From positions 800,781 through 864,780 of the forward strand of contig NIVC01000150.1 in NCBI GenBank assembly GCA_002269645.1: a DNA stretch of 64,000 nucleotides, read 5' to 3'. Shown piece after piece: positions 61,801 through 64,000 of this stretch. The translations under genes were made by a program, and so were the position numbers. Source of the stretch: Macrostomum lignano. Lineage: Eukaryota. The notes beneath the pieces were generated by a model. It searched no databases. It had not been told where the DNA came from and worked only from the letters and a program-made list of their open reading frames with translations. Position 1 is the first letter of the stretch. Every line of letters begins with the position of its first letter.

Positions 61801-64000
61801 CAGCCGGAGTTGTCATATTTCGGCCTCCAATCGCACGTCACGGAAGCCGGCTCGAGCGTGATTTGCTTGAAACAGCCGCTTGCGGTAAGCGTTGGCGCCG
61901 GTAAGATGAACTTTGCGCTACTGGCTTGGTAACTTGTCTCGTAGTAGCAGCCGGAGTTGTCATATTTCGGCCTCCAATCGCACGTCACGGAAGCCGGCTC
62001 GAGCGTGATTTGCTTGAAACAGCCGCTTGCGTAAGCGTTGGCGCCGGTAAGATGAACTTTGCGCTACTGGCTTGGTAACTTGTCTCGTAGTAGCAGCCGG
62101 AGTTGTCATATTTCGGCCTCCAATCGCACGTCACGGAAGCCGGCTCGAGCGTGATTTGCTTGAAACAGCCGCTTGCAGTAAGCGTTGGCGCCGGTAAGAT
62201 GAACTTTGCGCTACTGGCTTGGTAACTTGTCTCGTAGTAGCAGCCGAGTTGTCATATTTCGGCCTCCAATCGCACGTCACGAAGCCGGCTCGAGCGTGAT
62301 TTGCTTGAAACAGCCGCTTGCGGTAAGCGTTGGCGCCGGTAAGATGAACTTTGCGCTACTGGCTTGGTAACTTGTCTCGTAGTAGCAGCCGGAGTTGTCA
62401 TATTTCGGCCTCCAATCGCACGTCACGGAAGCCGGCTCGAGCGTGATTTGCTTGAAACAGCCGCTTGCGGTAAGCGTTGGCGCCGGTAAGATGAACTTTG
62501 CGCTACTGGCTTGGTAACTTGTCTCGTAGTAGCAGCCGAGTTGTCATATTTCGGCCTCCAATCGCACGTCACGGAAGCCGGCTCGAGCGTGATTTGCTTG
62601 AAACAGCCGCTTGCGTAAGCGTTGGCGCCGGTAAGATGAACTTTGCGCTACTGGCTTGGTAACTTGTCTCGTAGTAGCAGCCGGAGTTGTCATATTTCGG
62701 CCTCCAATCGCACGTCACGGAAGCCGGCTCGAGCGTGATTTGCTTGAAACAGCCGCTTGCGGTAAGCGTTGGCGCCGGTAAGATGAACTTTGCGCTACTG
62801 GCTTGGTAACTTGTCTCGTAGTAGCAGCCGGAGTTGTCATATTTCGGCCTCCGCAATCGCACGTCACGGAAGCCGGCTCGAGCGTGATTTGCTTGAAACA
62901 GCCGCTTGCAGTAAGCGTTGGCGCCGGTAAGATGAACTTTGCGCTACTGGCTTGGTAACTTGTCTCGTAGTAGCAGCCGGAGTTGTCATATTTCGGCCTC
63001 CAATCGCACGTCACGGAAGCCGGCTCGAGCGTGATTTGCTTGAAACAGCCGCTTGCAGTAAGCGTTGGCGCCGGTAAGATGAACTTTGCGCTACTGGCTT
63101 GGTAACTTGTCTCGTAGTAGGCAGCCGGAGTTGTCATATTTCGGCCTCCAATCGCACGTCACGGAAGCCGGCTCGAGCGTGATTTGCTTGAAACAGCCGC
63201 TTGCAGTAAGCGTTGGCGCCGGTAAGATGAACTTTGCGCTACTGGCTTGGTAACTTGTCTCGTAGTAGCAGCCGGAGTTGTCATATTTCGGCTCCAATCG
63301 CACGTCACGGAAGCCGGCTCGAGCGTGATTTGCTTGAAACAGCCGCTTGCGTAAGCGTTGGCGCCGGTAAGATGAACTTTGCGCTACTGGCTTGGTAACT
63401 TGTCTCGTAGTAGCAGCCGGAGTTGTCATATTTCGGCCTCCAATCGCACGTCACGGAAGCCGGCTCGAGCGTGATTTGCTTGAAACAGCCGCTTGCGTAA
63501 GCGTTGGCGCCGGTAAGATGAACTTTGCGCTACTGGCTTGGTAACTTGTCTCGTAGTAGCAGCCGGAGTTGTCATATTTCGGCCTCCAATCGCACGTCAC
63601 GGAAGCCGGCTCGAGCGTGATTTGCTTGAAACAGCCGCTTGCAGTAAGCGTTGGCGCCGGTAAGATGAACTTTGCGCTACTGGCTTGGTAACTTGTCTCG
63701 TAGTAGCAGCCGGAGTTGTCATATTTCGGCCTCCAATCGCACGTCACGGAAGCCGGCTCGAGCGTGATTTGCTTGAAACAGCCGCTTGCAGTAAGCGTTG
63801 GCGCCGGTAAGATGAACTTTGCGCTACTGGCTTGGTAACTTGTCTCGTAGTAGCAGCCGGAGTTGTCATATTTCGGCCTCCAATCGCACGTCACGGAAGC
63901 CGGCTCGAGCGTGATTTGCTTGAAACAGCCGCTTGCGTAAGCGTTGGCGCCGGTAAGATGAACTTTGCGCTACTGGCTTGGTAACTTGTCTCGTAGTAGC
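58803..64000 (-). CDS. 3' part of a giant tandem-repeat protein (exon from beyond 64000 to 59891; exon 59790-58803); unknown family
   Basis: Phase-2 GTAAGT donor at 59890 and phase-2 TTTTAG acceptor at 59791 join the 308-aa and 394-aa ORFs; the repeat grades in frame into degenerate unique copies; single-base indels interrupt the array. Confidence 0.65.
60390..64000 (-). repeat. 147-bp coding tandem repeat, >=24 copies, 49-aa unit TCDWRPKYDNSGCYYETSYQASSAKFILPAPTLTASGCFKQITLEPASV
   Basis: Period is 147 bp (e.g. TTGCGGTAAG at 60411 and 60558), a multiple of 3, open on the minus strand. Confidence 0.95.

Overview
AT/GC-mosaic eukaryotic (metazoan) genomic window with no prokaryotic features. 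GC-rich exons, minisatellite-filled introns and the gene content suggest a flatworm such as Macrostomum (inference only). Reconstructed genes, using splice-phase checks: the 3' end of a single-pass receptor with a PDZ-type tail (+), an intronless secreted PAN/LamG-like protein (+), a 2-exon somatomedin-B/7TM GPCR-like gene (-), an intronless clan-2 cytochrome P450 (+), RPL9 (+), a 4-exon ATG4 (+), an ARF-like GTPase (-), a 14-exon GABA-B-like class C GPCR (+), a 5-exon cytosolic sulfotransferase (-), and the 3' part of a giant protein made of >=24 near-identical 49-aa Cys/Ser/Tyr repeats (-). Mobile DNA: a Ty3/Gypsy element with identical LTRs but a deleted integrase core (in sulfotransferase intron 1), a nested hAT-like/LINE/hAT-MITE stack, a Merlin derivative, a dead IS630/Tc1-type element, LINE fragments and a tRNA-derived SINE. 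About 20 tandem-repeat arrays account for most of the long spurious ORFs. Top leads are the tandem-repeat protein at 58.8-64 kb and the integrase-core-less but freshly inserted retrotransposon.
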